DNA from: an uncultured Acidobacteriota bacterium
GTDB taxonomy: Bacteria; Acidobacteriota; Vicinamibacteria; Vicinamibacterales; JAKQTR01
Direction of reading: 5' to 3'
Length of the DNA: 64,000 bases
Assembly (NCBI GenBank): GCA_963834645.1
Contig: CAWICP010000003.1
Coordinates: 7,435-71,434, forward strand
How positions within the stretch are numbered: the first letter of the stretch is position 1; every line of letters starts with the position of its first letter. Below, piece after piece: positions 1 through 9,730 of the stretch. The notes beneath the pieces were generated by a model. That model saw nothing but the letters and a program-made list of their open reading frames with translations, made no database searches and had not been told where the DNA came from. Both the position numbers and the translations under genes were made by a program.

Positions 1-1
1 C

Positions 2-160
2 GCCTTCAAGGGGCTCGTCGCGCTCGGGCACGGCGTGACGGTGCACCCCGATTTCGATGCCGCCTTCGGCGGCGTGCACGCGGTGCTGTTCGATCACGCG
101 GCGAAGACCCTGCACGGCGGCGCGGACCCGCGCCGTGACGGGCAAGCCGCCGGGTATTAG
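2..160 (+). CDS. ggt: gamma-glutamyltransferase, C-terminal fragment (5' end lies outside the window)
   Basis: Frame 2 reads AFKGLVALGHGVTVHPDFDAAFGGVHAVLFDHAAKTLHGGADPRRDGQAAGY and stops at TAG 158-160. The GGADPRRDG.A.GY tail is the conserved end of GGT small subunits. It is absent from the ORF track because no start lies in the window. Confidence 0.6.
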   Translation, partial: AFKGLVALGHGVTVHPDFDAAFGGVHAVLFDHAAKTLHGGADPRRDGQAAGY

Positions 161-182
161 TGTGTCCGGAGGGAGTTCGACT

Positions 183-748
183 GTGAAGACGCGCATCCTG
201 ATCGCCGCAACCCTCGTCCTGGCCGTCGCGGCCGGACCGCCGGGGCCCAGACCTACGCCCTCAAGGCCCCTCTCGCCGCGAAGCCGGCCTTTCTCACGAC
301 GGTCGGCCAGAGCGCCGACATCGAGATGGTCAAGGTGCTGCTGGATCGCGGCGGCGTGCCCTACAAGGCCGACGCCCAGGCCAAGGCCGGCGACCTCGCG
401 GCCTCCGGCGCGAAGACCCTGGTGGTCGTGCTCGGCGGCAGCACGAAGGGGCTGGGCGCCGCGGGCATTTCCGCGGACGCGGAGATCGACCGCGCGAAGG
501 CGCTCCTCGCCGAGGCGAAGAAGCTCGGCATGACCGTCATCGGCGTCCACGTGGGCGGCGAGGCGCGCCGCGGCCAGCTGTCCGACAAGTTCATCCAGGC
601 CGCCGTGCCCGCCTGCCACTACGTCGTCGCGGTCGCCGAGGGCGACAAGGACGGGTTCATCAGCAAGCTCTGCGGCACCACGATTCCCATCGACAAGGTG
701 GAGCGCATGTCGAAAGCCGTCGAGCCCCTCCAGAAGGCCTTCAAGTAG
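183..748 (+). CDS. secreted or lipoprotein-like alpha/beta protein of unknown function, first gene of the TRAP-like operon (frameshift near nt 240 as assembled)
   Basis: GGAGGGAG lies 8 nt upstream of GTG 183. A signal-like VKTRILIAATLVLAVAAGPP in frame 3 joins frame 2 (AQTYALKAPLAAKPAFLTTVGQSADIEMVKVLL...), which continues as ORF 326-748. Its stop is 2 nt before the permease start. I vaguely recall this as a DUF6305-type family but cannot confirm it. Confidence 0.5.
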
Positions 749-749
749 C

Positions 750-2042
750 GTGAGCACGCCCGACACGCTGCTGCTCCTCCTGACGGCCGCGTGCTTTGTC
801 GCGCTGGTCATGGCCGCGAGGCTGCCGGTGTCCCTCAGCCTGGCCGCGACCTCCGTCGTGCTCGCGCTCGCGGCGGGGCGCGGATTCCCGGTCGCGCACC
901 TGGTCGAGGGGATGTTCAGCTACCTCGACGTCTCGCTCGTGATTCTCACCGCCATGGTGTTCATGAAGGTGATCGAAGCGAACGGGCTGCTGACGGAGCT
1001 GACGCAGGGCCTCATCGCGCTGCTCGGGCGGTCGCGGGCCCTCCTGCTCGTGGCGCTGACGGTGGTCATCATGTTCCCCGGGATGATCACGGGGTCCTGC
1101 ACCGCGTCGGTCCTCGGCACCGGCGCCATCGTCGCGCCGGTGCTCATCCGGATGGGGCTGCCGCGCGTGACGGCGGGCGCGGTGATCTCGAGCGCGGCGG
1201 TCTACGGCATGATCGCGCCGCCGGTGAACGTCCCGGTGATGATCATCGGCGGCGGGATTGACATGCCGTACGTCGGCTTCGGGCTCGTCCTCACCGTGCT
1301 GACGGTGGTCCCCGCCATCCTGACGACGATCTGGCTCGCCTGGCGGGAGATTGACGGGACCAAGCTCGGCACGGTCGTGGCGGAAAGCCGGGCGGCCCTC
1401 CGCGACAGTCCCTTCCGGGGCGGCCGCCGCCTGCTGCTGTATCTGCCGCTCGCCGCGGTCATCGTCCTCATGGTCGGGCCGAAGAGCGCGCCGCAGTGGT
1501 TCCCGGACCCGCGCCTGCCGCTCACCTTCCTGATCGGCAGCGCGCTTGGCCTGGTCTCCGGCCGCCGCGTCCCGATGGTCTCGGCCGCCCGCGCGGGCGT
1601 TGGCGAGATCCTGCCCGTCGTCGGCATCCTGGTCGGCGTCGGCATGCTCATCGAGATGATGACGCTCACGGGCCTCCGGGGCGCGATTGTCGTGGGCTCG
1701 CTGGCGATTCCGAGCGTGTTCCTGTTCGCGAGCATCGCCGTGATCCTGCCGCTCTTCGGCGGGATCTCGGTGTACGGCGGCGCCAGCGTGCTCGGCGTGC
1801 CGTTCGCCCTCGCCCTGCTCGGGCGCAACCAGGTGATCGTCCTGTCGGCGTTGTCGCTCATCGGCGCGATGGGCAGCTACATCCCGCCCGTGGCCTTCAC
1901 GCCGGTCGTCACGGCGGGGCTGCTCGGCGAGTCCTACCTGCCCATCGTGCGCCGGTGCATCGGCCCGGCGGTCGCGGCCGTCATGCTGGGCACGCTGATC
2001 CTGATCTACGCCAATCCGGTCGCCAGGTTCTTTGGAGTGTGA
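750..2042 (+). CDS. TRAP-type (DctM-like) large permease subunit
   Basis: Intact 430-aa polytopic membrane ORF with DctM-like composition and length (MFPGMITGSCTASVLGTGAIVAPVL, MIAPPVNVPVMIIGG). It is packed tightly against the neighbouring genes. Confidence 0.75.
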   Translation: MSTPDTLLLLLTAACFVALVMAARLPVSLSLAATSVVLALAAGRGFPVAHLVEGMFSYLDVSLVILTAMVFMKVIEANGLLTELTQGLIALLGRSRALLLVALTVVIMFPGMITGSCTASVLGTGAIVAPVLIRMGLPRVTAGAVISSAAVYGMIAPPVNVPVMIIGGGIDMPYVGFGLVLTVLTVVPAILTTIWLAWREIDGTKLGTVVAESRAALRDSPFRGGRRLLLYLPLAAVIVLMVGPKSAPQWFPDPRLPLTFLIGSALGLVSGRRVPMVSAARAGVGEILPVVGILVGVGMLIEMMTLTGLRGAIVVGSLAIPSVFLFASIAVILPLFGGISVYGGASVLGVPFALALLGRNQVIVLSALSLIGAMGSYIPPVAFTPVVTAGLLGESYLPIVRRCIGPAVAAVMLGTLILIYANPVARFFGV

Positions 2043-2047
2043 GCGTG

Positions 2048-2191
2048 ATGACCGTGGTCTATCGGGGCATCGTCGCCGTGGCCATCGTGCTGGTCGTGGC
2101 GGAGATCTTCTCCCAGCGCAGCCTCAAGCTCAAGATCAACGCCGGACTGGTGCTGATCCCGCTGGTGCTGCGCGCGCTCATGATCGGGTAG
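2048..2191 (+). CDS. 47-aa hydrophobic membrane peptide, possible small transporter subunit
   Basis: ATG 2048 sits 6 nt after the permease stop. It encodes MTVVYRGIVAVAIVLVVAEIFSQRSLKLKINAGLVLIPLVLRALMIG, with two hydrophobic stretches. Its stop is 4 nt before the next gene. Confidence 0.45.
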   Translation: MTVVYRGIVAVAIVLVVAEIFSQRSLKLKINAGLVLIPLVLRALMIG

Positions 2192-2194
2192 GGT

Positions 2195-3399
2195 ATGTCG
2201 ACTGGACGAAACGCCCTCGTCTCGCTGGCCGTCCTCGGGGCGAGCCTCGCGGTGGTCGCCTCCGTCGTGCCCGGCTACCGGGCGGCGGCGCAGGATGACG
2301 CCGTCAGGCGTGGCCCCGGCGTCACATCCGTGCAGCGGCTGTCGAAGTGGTTCCCGGGCATCGGCGGCACCGGCGGCGACACGGACGTCTACGTGCTGGA
2401 CTCCGGCAAGCCCGGCGCGACGGCGCTCGTGCTCGGCGGGACCCACGGCAACGAGCCGGCCGGCTACATGACCGCGATCCTCATCGTCGAGCACGCGGTG
2501 CCGACGGCCGGCAGGCTCCTGGTCGTGCCCCACGCGAACCGATCGTCGCTGACGCACACGGACTACCAGGAGGCGTCGCCCAGGTCGCTGGAGTTCCGGG
2601 GCGCGTCCGGGCGCCGCGCCTTCCGGGAGCGCTGACGCACACCGATTACCAGGAGGCGTCGCCCAGGACGCTGGAGTTCCAGGGCGCGTCCGGGCGCCGC
2701 GCCTTCCGCTACGGGAGCCGGGCGACGAACCCGACCGACCAGTGGCCGGATCCCGACATCTACGTGCATGCCGCGTCCGGGCAGCAGCTCTCGGGCGCCG
2801 AGACGCGGAACCTCAACCGCGCGTATCCGGGCCGCCCGGATGGCACGTTGACCGAGCGCGTCGCGTTCGCCATCGTGTCGCTCGTCCGCGCGGAGAAGGT
2901 GGACCTCGTCATCGATCTCCACGAGGCGTCGCCCGAGTACCCGGTCGTCAACGCGATCGTGGCCCACGAGCGGGCCATGCCGGTGGCGTCGGGGGCCGTC
3001 CTGAACCTCGAGTTCGACGACATCACGATCGGCCTCGAGCCGTCGCCGAAGAACCTGCGCGGCCTCTCGCACCGGGAGCTGGGCGATGCCACCGGGGCCC
3101 TGGCTCTGCTGTGCGAGACGTCGAACGTGTCGCAGGGCCGGCTCCGGGGCGCCACAGACGCGCGGCAGGTCGTCGAGGGCACCGACGACAAGTACCTCAG
3201 GGCGGCCGGCCTCGGCCGGCTCGCCGTGCCGTTCGACGAGCACGGATGGCCCCTCAAGCAGCGCGTCGGCCGCCACGTCGCGACCGTGATGGCCATCCTC
3301 GCGGCGTTCACGTCCACGAACCCAGGTACGCCGATTTCGGTGACCGGGCTCCCCTCTTACGCCGAGCTGATGGCGAAGGGGCTCGAGCCCTATCTGTAG
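2195..3399 (+). pseudogene. succinylglutamate desuccinylase/aspartoacylase (AstE/AspA, M14-like) family amidohydrolase, interrupted by an 83-bp tandem duplication
   Basis: Signal-like N-terminus, then GGTHGNEPAGY (zinc-site motif), DLHEASPEYP, and RNLNRAYPG. Frame 2 (ORF 2195-2635) stops inside duplication copy B. Frame 1 (ORF 2347-3399) carries the rest of the gene. Removing copy A exactly restores one ORF. Confidence 0.75.
2548..2718 (+). repeat. imperfect direct tandem duplication (copy A 2548-2630, copy B 2631-2718)
   Basis: Copy A (gctgacgcacacggactaccaggaggcgtcgcccaggtcgctggagttccgggg...ttccgggagc) is repeated as copy B (gctgacgcacaccgattaccaggaggcgtcgcccaggacgctggagttccaggg...ttccgctacgggagc). 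The copies differ by 4 substitutions and a roughly 5-nt indel. Both encode LTHTDYQEASPR(S/T)LEF(R/Q)GASGRRAFR. Confidence 0.9.
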
Positions 3400-3504
3400 G
3401 ACCGGTGCCTTATCCCGCGTACAGCGGCTGAATCGGGCCGCGAGAACGGGTCATGAAGCCGCCTCCGTCGGCAGGCCAGCGCCCGCCTTCACGAGCCGCC
3501 GAGG

Positions 3505-4804
3505 TCAGGATTCACGGATGCAGAACAGCGTCGTCTTGCTGCGGAGGAAGATGTCTCCGTCGGCCACCGCCGGTGTCGCGATGAAGACCTGGCCACTCAT
3601 GGTGTTGGTCGCCAGCACCTCGAACGCCTCGCCCATCTTCAGGACGATGACGTCTTCGTTCTCGCTCGCGAGGTAGAGGCGCCCGTCGGCGCCCGACAGG
3701 AGACGACTTGAAGCTGTACGTCTTCGGCAGGCGCGCCTGGTGATAGTACGGTTCGCCGGTCCTGGCGTTGTAGCAGCTGACCATGCCGTTATCGGTCAGC
3801 ACGTAGAGCTTGTTGTCGTAGAGCACCGGCGACGGCGTGTACGAATTGCCCCTGGTCTGTGACCAGACGATCGCGTCGGTGCCGGTGAGATCGCCCTCGC
3901 GGCCAAGCCGGATCGCCATGAGGTTCGGGTTCCGGTAACCGGTCATGACAAACACGAGGTCGTCCTGGCGGACGGGCTGCGGGATGGTGTTCGCACCGAG
4001 GCCCGCGCACTCCCAGATGACCTTGCCATTGTCCGCGTCGTAGCTGCGGGTCCTGTTGCTGCCCGCGACGATGACTTCGGTCCGCTTCCCGACCGTCGTC
4101 ACGAGCGGCGCCGCCCAGTTCGTCTTCTCGTCCCGAGCGACGCGCCAGAGCTCGCTGCCCGTGCCCTTGTCGAGCGCGACGATGAAGGAATCCCCTTCGT
4201 GGTCGAAGACCAGGATGAGCCTGTTGCCGGCGAGCACCGGAGCCATCCCTTCGCCGAAGGCCATCTTGATGCGCATCTGGATGCCGAAGTCCTTCTCCCA
4301 GATCAGATTGCCCTTGAAGTCGTAGCAGTACATGCCTCGCGAGCCGAAGAAGGCGTAGACGTGCTTCCCGTCGGTCACGGGCGAGTTGGAGGCGAAGCTG
4401 CCGTACGTGTTGTGGCCGCCTTCGTGCGGCACGGCGGTTTTCGCGGTGCGTTGCCAGAGGATCTTGCCCGTCTTGCGGTCGAGGGCGAGGACGTCGAACG
4501 TGTGCTCCACCTGGGGACCGCCGCCTGCGCCGGTCTTGATCGCGGTGGTGAGGAAGACGTAGTCGCCCCACACCACCGGACTCGAGTGCCCCAGGCCGGG
4601 AATCTCGGTCTTCCACCGGACGTTCTCGGTATCCGTCCATCGCAACGGCGCGCTGCCGGCAGCCATGCCGTCGGCGGCAGGCCCGCGCCAGTACGGCCAG
4701 TCCGGGCCAGCCGGCGCGGCGCCGCCCGCCGCGGCGGCTGCGAGCCAGAGGCCGGCCAGCGCCGTCAGGGTCCGCTTCCGCTCGATCATGTGCATCGCTC
4801 CCAT
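3505..4804 (-). CDS. PQQ-like beta-propeller repeat protein, secreted (one frameshift near nt 3700)
   Basis: ORF 3512-4804 has a signal peptide followed by DWPYWRGP...NVRWKTEIPGLGHSSPVVWGDYVFL and repeated propeller blades. The last approximately 65 aa are out of frame. The native tail ...GADGRLYLASENEDVIVLKMGEAFEVLATNTMSGQVFIATPAVADGDIFLRSKTTLFCIRES reads to the stop at 3505-3507. Confidence 0.75.
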
Positions 4805-4813
4805 CTCTCCGGG

Positions 4814-6118
4814 CTACTTCGCCGCCGTCGCCCGGCTGCCTATGCAGTAAAGGTACTTCGTCGTTCTCAGGAAGAGCTGGCCGTCCGCGAACGCCGGTGA
4901 CGAGAGCGTGTAATCGGCGAGGTCGTTCTCCGCGAGGATCTTGAACTCGGGACCCGCCTCGAAGACCGTCGTCACACCGTCCTCGGACGTCACGTAGACC
5001 TTACCCCCGGCGATCACGGGCGACGCGCTGTAGGTGCCGGGGCGCACGCGCTGGTTGCCCCAGATCTCCGCGCCGGTCTTCGCGTCGCGGCACCAGACGA
5101 TGCCCCGGTCGTTCAGGATGAAGATGTACTTGCCGTCGGTCGCAGGCGTCGGCACGTCGGGGCCCTGGTCGGTGGACCAGACCCTGTGCGACGTGGTGAT
5201 GTCGCCGCGCCCGCCCGCGCGGAACGCGATGAGCGGCCGCACGCGCGACGGCACGTAGATCATGCCGTCCAGCGCGATGGGCGACGCGACGACCCGGTAG
5301 TTCCGGTCCTTCGAGGGATTGAGGCCGCCTGCCCGCCAGAGCTCGGCGCCGGTCGCGGGGTCGTGTCCGGTCACGTAGTCGCCGCCGCTGATCACAATCT
5401 CCTCACGACCGTCGTAGCGCAGGAGCGCCGGCGTCGTGTAGGCGTCGGGCGATTCGGACACCGCATCGGTCGGCCGCTCCACCTTCCAGCGGGTCTTCCC
5501 TGACAGCGTGTCGATGGCCAGCACGTACGACGGGTCGTCGGTCTTCATGCCGTGAAGCACTTCGACGAACAGACTGTCCTTGTGCAGGAGTGGCGAGGAC
5601 GCGTAGCCCCAGTTCAACCCGAACGGGCCGTAGTCGCGCTGCAGGTCCCGCGCCCAGAGCTCCTTGCCGGCGAAGTCGAAGGCCTTCAGCACGCCGGTGC
5701 CGGTGATCACCCACACCCGGGTGCCGTCGGTCACCGGCGATGGCGACGACATGTTCTGCTTTCTGACCTTCGCGTTGCCCGAGCCGAGACGGGCCCTCCA
5801 CAGTTCGGCGCCGTTCGCGGCGATCGACGCACATGAGAAAGAGCTCGGTGCCGTCGGCGACGTTCAGGAAGACGCGGTCGTTCCAGATGATGGGCGTCGC
5901 GCCGAAAAGTCGGGCAGCGCGAGCTTCCAGGCGACGTTGTCGGTGGCGCTCCACGTCAGCGGGACGTCGCGGTCAGTGGACACGCCGTTCATCGAGGGCC
6001 CTCGCCAGTGCGGCCAGTTCCCTCCCCAGCAGACGGCCTGAGCCGCAAGCATGAAGCACGCGGACGCGATCACCGATCTCATAGGGGCCTGACCTCCGAA
6101 AGACGAGCGGAACGTCAT
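4814..6118 (-). pseudogene. PQQ-like beta-propeller repeat protein, tandem paralog of the previous gene (two frameshifts)
   Basis: Three ORF pieces (5864-6247, 5403-5954, 4814-5752) join into one protein. It starts MTFRSSFGG..signal..NWPHWRGPSMNGVSTDRDVPLTWSATDNVAWKLALP, continues [26 protein letters not shown], and then reads [19 protein letters not shown]...[12 protein letters not shown]. Confidence 0.7.
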
Positions 6119-6372
6119 GGGTGCTTCCCGGCCGCGGGCGCGGCGAAGGCGAACACCTGCGACGCGGTCATCACGCCGAGCACGCCGTTTGCCGGCACAA
6201 GCGAGCTGTAGACGCCGCTGCCCATGTTGACCTCGGTGTTCGGCCATCGCGGTCGGATTCTACACGAAAGCGCGGTCCAACTTCCGCGCGCGCCTCTGCA
6301 CGCGAATCGGGTAGCCGCCGCGCATCGGTGATACGATGCGCTCATTCACCAGATGCGCCGGAGGCCCTGCTC

Positions 6373-6771
6373 ATGAAGCGGAACTATCACTGTCCGAAGT
6401 GCTATGGGATTCTGAATCCCAACGTAAAGGTCATCCTCAAGACCGAGTGCAACGGGCGCGCGGCGCTCCTTCTGTTCAGCCCGCAGCCGGGCAACTACCA
6501 GGTGATCGCGCCGGACTCGTTCCCGCTCAAGAAAAACGACGTGGTCCGGTTCTCGTGCCCGCTGTGCTCGCGCGACCTGACGTCGAAGCGCGACAAGGCG
6601 ATGGCGGAGATCACCTTCTCCACGCCCGGCGGCCAGAGCGGGCGCGTGGTCTTCTCGCGCAGCTACGGGCACCACGAGACGTACTTCGTCACGACGGAAG
6701 AAGTGCGCAGCTTCGGCCGACACTCGGACCGCGAAGGCGTCAACTACTGGGGAGCCGGCCCGAAAGAGTAG
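6373..6771 (+). CDS. zinc-ribbon protein of unknown function (CPxC...CPxC)
   Basis: ATG 6373 lies in frame within ORF 6121-6771. The product MKRNYHCPKCYGILNPNVKV...FSCPLCSRDL has non-Arg-rich, coding-like composition, unlike the upstream part of that ORF. Confidence 0.55.
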   Translation: MKRNYHCPKCYGILNPNVKVILKTECNGRAALLLFSPQPGNYQVIAPDSFPLKKNDVVRFSCPLCSRDLTSKRDKAMAEITFSTPGGQSGRVVFSRSYGHHETYFVTTEEVRSFGRHSDREGVNYWGAGPKE

Positions 6772-6808
6772 GGACGGTCACGTCACGAGGTGGCCCGTGG
6801 AGCCGCGC

Positions 6809-7954
6809 TCACGATGCCGGCGCCTCCGCCCCGGCCACGGCGGTCGCGGGACCGTGGTCTGACGGGTAGAAACCCAGAATCCGGTACGAGACCCCTTGCG
6901 ACCCGAGCGCCGACAGGGCCCGCGCCACGTCGTCGTTGCCCGGGTCGCCGGCGAAGTCGATGAGGAAGGTGTACCTCCCCCGGCCGCCGGCGGCCGGGCG
7001 CGACTCGATGCGGGACAGGTTCACGCGGTGGTCGGCGAACGCGCCGAGCGCCTGCACGAGCGCGCCGGACCGGTCGTCGGTGGCGAGGACAATCGAGCCC
7101 TTGTCGGCCGGCCCGGTGTGGAGTTCTCTCGCGAGCACGACGAACCGGGTTTCATTCGACTCGTGGCCGGCGATGCGCTCGGCCACCACGTCGAGGCCGT
7201 AGAGGCGCGCCGCGAGCGGGCTGGCGATGGCGCCGACCGCGCGGGTGCCGTCGAACATCAGCCAGCGCGCGGCCCCGGCCGTGTCGTAGTGGGGCTCGGC
7301 CGCGATGCGGTGCCGCGCCAGAAAGCCCCGGCACTGCGCGAGCGCCTGCGGGTGCGACCTGGCGCTCCGGATGTCGGCGAGCGGCGTGCCCGGCAGCGCG
7401 AGCAGGCACTGGCTGATGGGCACCCGGATCTCGCCCACGATGGAGAGACTGGTCTCAATCAGCAGGTCGCTCACCTCGACGACCGATCCGCCGAGCGAGT
7501 TCTCCACCGGGACGATGCCGCGGTCGAAGAAGCCGGCGGAGACCCCCTCGAACACCTCCTCGAAGGTCCGGCAAGCCACCGGGATCAGGCTGGCGTCCCA
7601 GCGGTCGAGCGCCATCTCGCTCCAGGCGCCGTGTTCGCCCTGGAAGCCGCCGAACCGCGGCCGCCGGGCCTGCAGCCGCTTGCTCTCGTCGATGATCGAC
7701 CGGTAGAGCGCGCCGACGAACTCGTCGCTGAGCAGGCCGTACGCCGCGGCGCGCACGCGGGTCATCACGTCGTCCTCGCGGCTGCCGTCGGTGACCGACG
7801 GCTTGAGGCGGGCGGTCTGCAGCGCGTACTCGATGCGCTGGTCGAGCAGCCGGAGCAGCTTGCGGTCCGTGTCGTCGATCTGGGCCCGCAGGTCGGCCAG
7901 GCGCGCCAGGCTGGCGGCGTCGCGGGAGTCGGGTGGAGGCGGGTCGAGGTCCAT
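6809..7954 (-). CDS. pheA: bifunctional chorismate mutase / prephenate dehydratase (P-protein)
   Basis: Three domains are recognisable. The chorismate mutase helix reads LRAQIDDTDRKLLRLLDQRIEYALQTARLK. The prephenate dehydratase core contains GFQGEHGAWSEMA, NSLGGSV, and ESNETRFVVLAR. An ACT-like C-terminus follows. The start is taken at MDLDPPP (internal Met of ORF 6809-8074). Confidence 0.85.
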   Translation of the reverse strand: MDLDPPPPDSRDAASLARLADLRAQIDDTDRKLLRLLDQRIEYALQTARLKPSVTDGSREDDVMTRVRAAAYGLLSDEFVGALYRSIIDESKRLQARRPRFGGFQGEHGAWSEMALDRWDASLIPVACRTFEEVFEGVSAGFFDRGIVPVENSLGGSVVEVSDLLIETSLSIVGEIRVPISQCLLALPGTPLADIRSARSHPQALAQCRGFLARHRIAAEPHYDTAGAARWLMFDGTRAVGAIASPLAARLYGLDVVAERIAGHESNETRFVVLARELHTGPADKGSIVLATDDRSGALVQALGAFADHRVNLSRIESRPAAGGRGRYTFLIDFAGDPGNDDVARALSALGSQGVSYRILGFYPSDHGPATAVAGAEAPAS

Positions 7955-7984
7955 CGCCACACGATAGCGCGCCTGGAGCGGATC

Positions 7985-8057
7985 AGTGCTATTAGATTTA
8001 GTTAATAGTGTATTAATGATTATCGTCTTTGCTGATGCTCGTCGGGTTCCGCTATAA
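7985..8057 (+). promoter_or_regulatory. AT-rich divergent control region with a TTAAT-N5-ATTAA palindrome and a 13-codon uORF (MIIVFADARRVPL) ending 7 nt before ilvD
   Basis: The stretch attagatttagttaatagtgtattaatgattatcgtcttt is the most AT-rich part of the window. It contains the inverted repeat TTAATAGTGTATTAA at 8002-8016. The uORF runs from ATG 8016 to TAA 8055-8057 and uses ATT, ATC, GTC and TTT codons. Confidence 0.35.
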
Positions 8058-8064
8058 GTGAGCC

Positions 8065-9730
8065 ATGCTCCCACGACGCAGCGCCGCCCTCACGCAGGGC
8101 CCCCACCGCGCCCCGGCAAGGGCCATGCTCAAGGCCGCCGGCTTCTCGGACGGCGATCTCGCCCGGCCGCTCATCGGCGTGGCCAACACGTGGATCGAGA
8201 TCGGCCCCTGCAACCTCCACCTGCGCGATCTCGCCGCCGGGGTCAAGGCCGGCATCCGCGAGGCCGGCGGGACGCCGCTCGAGTTCAACACCGTGTCGAT
8301 TTCCGACGGCATCACGATGGGCACGGCCGGCATGAAGGCCTCGCTGGTCAGCCGCGAGGTGATCGCCGACTCGATCGAGCTGGTCGCGCGCGGCAACCTC
8401 TTCGACGGCCTGGTGGTCCTGGTCGGCTGCGACAAGACGATTCCCGGCGCCGTCATGGCGCTGGCCCGCCTCGACATCCCCGGCATGGTGCTCTACGGCG
8501 GCTCCATCGCGCCGGGCGCCTGGGAGGGCCGCGACGTCACCATCCAGGACGTGTTCGAGGCGGTCGGCGCGCACGCCGCCGGCCGCCTCGACGACGGCCG
8601 GCTGAAGGACCTCGAGGATCACGCCTGCCCCGGCGCCGGCGCGTGCGGCGGCCAGTTCACGGCCAACACCATGGCGGCCGTCTGCGAGTTCCTCGGCATC
8701 GCCGCCGATGGGCAGCGGCAGCGTGCCGGCGGTCGACCCGGCGCGGCCGGATGTCTGCGCGCGCGTCGGGCGGCTGGTGATGGACCTGGTCGGCCGCGAC
8801 CTCCGCCCGAGCCAGATTCTCACCCGGCCGGCGCTCGAGAACGCGATCGCCGGCGTCATGGCCACCGGCGGCTCGACCAACGCGGTGCTGCACCTGCTGG
8901 CCATCGCCCGCGAGGCCGGCGTGCCGCTCTCCATCGACGACTTCGACCCGGTCAACGATCGCATCCCCCTCATCGCGGACCTGAAGCCCGGCGGCCGGTA
9001 CGTCGCGAACGACCTCTACCGGGCCGGCGGCACCGCCCTGGTCGCCCGCCGACTGCTCGAAGGACGGCTGCTGCACGGTGACGCGATCACGGTCTCGGGA
9101 AAGACGATCGCGGAAGAGGCCGCCGCCGCGTCGGAGACGCCCGGGCAGGACGTCGTGCGGCCGCTCGCCGCACCGATCAAGCCCACCGGCGGCCTGGTCA
9201 TCCTCAAGGGCAACCTCGCGCCCGCGGGCTGCGTGGTGAAGGTGGCGGGCTACACGCGTCTCGCGCACGCGGGCCCGGCCCGTGTCTTCGAGAGCGAGGA
9301 AGCGGCGTTCGCCGCCGTCGAGGCGGGCGCGATCCGCGCCGGCGATGTCGTGGTCATCCGCTACGAAGGTCCGGCCGGCGGGCCCGGCATGCGCGAGATG
9401 CTCGCCGTCACGGCCGCGCTGGTCGGCGCCGGGCTCGGCGATTCGGTCGCGCTCGTCACCGACGGCCGCTTCTCGGGCGCGACTCGCGGCCTGATGGCGG
9501 GGCACGTCGCGCCCGAAGCGGCAAAGGGCGGGCCGATCGCCGCGGTGCGCGACGGCGACGGCATCACCTTCGACCTCGCCGCGCGGGAGCTCCGGCTCGA
9601 CGTGGCCGACGACGAGCTTCAGCGGCGCCTGGCCGCCTGGGCACCGCCCGCGCCGGCGTTCACCTCCGGCGTCATGGCGAAATACGCCCGCCTCGTCTCG
9701 TCGGCGTCGGAAGGGGCGGTGACGGGATGA
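8065..9730 (+). pseudogene. ilvD: dihydroxy-acid dehydratase, one frameshift near nt 8700 as assembled
   Basis: ORF 8065-9081 contains [62 protein letters not shown] 8708-9730 contains [45 protein letters not shown]. The two pieces join at [14 protein letters not shown]. Confidence 0.9.
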
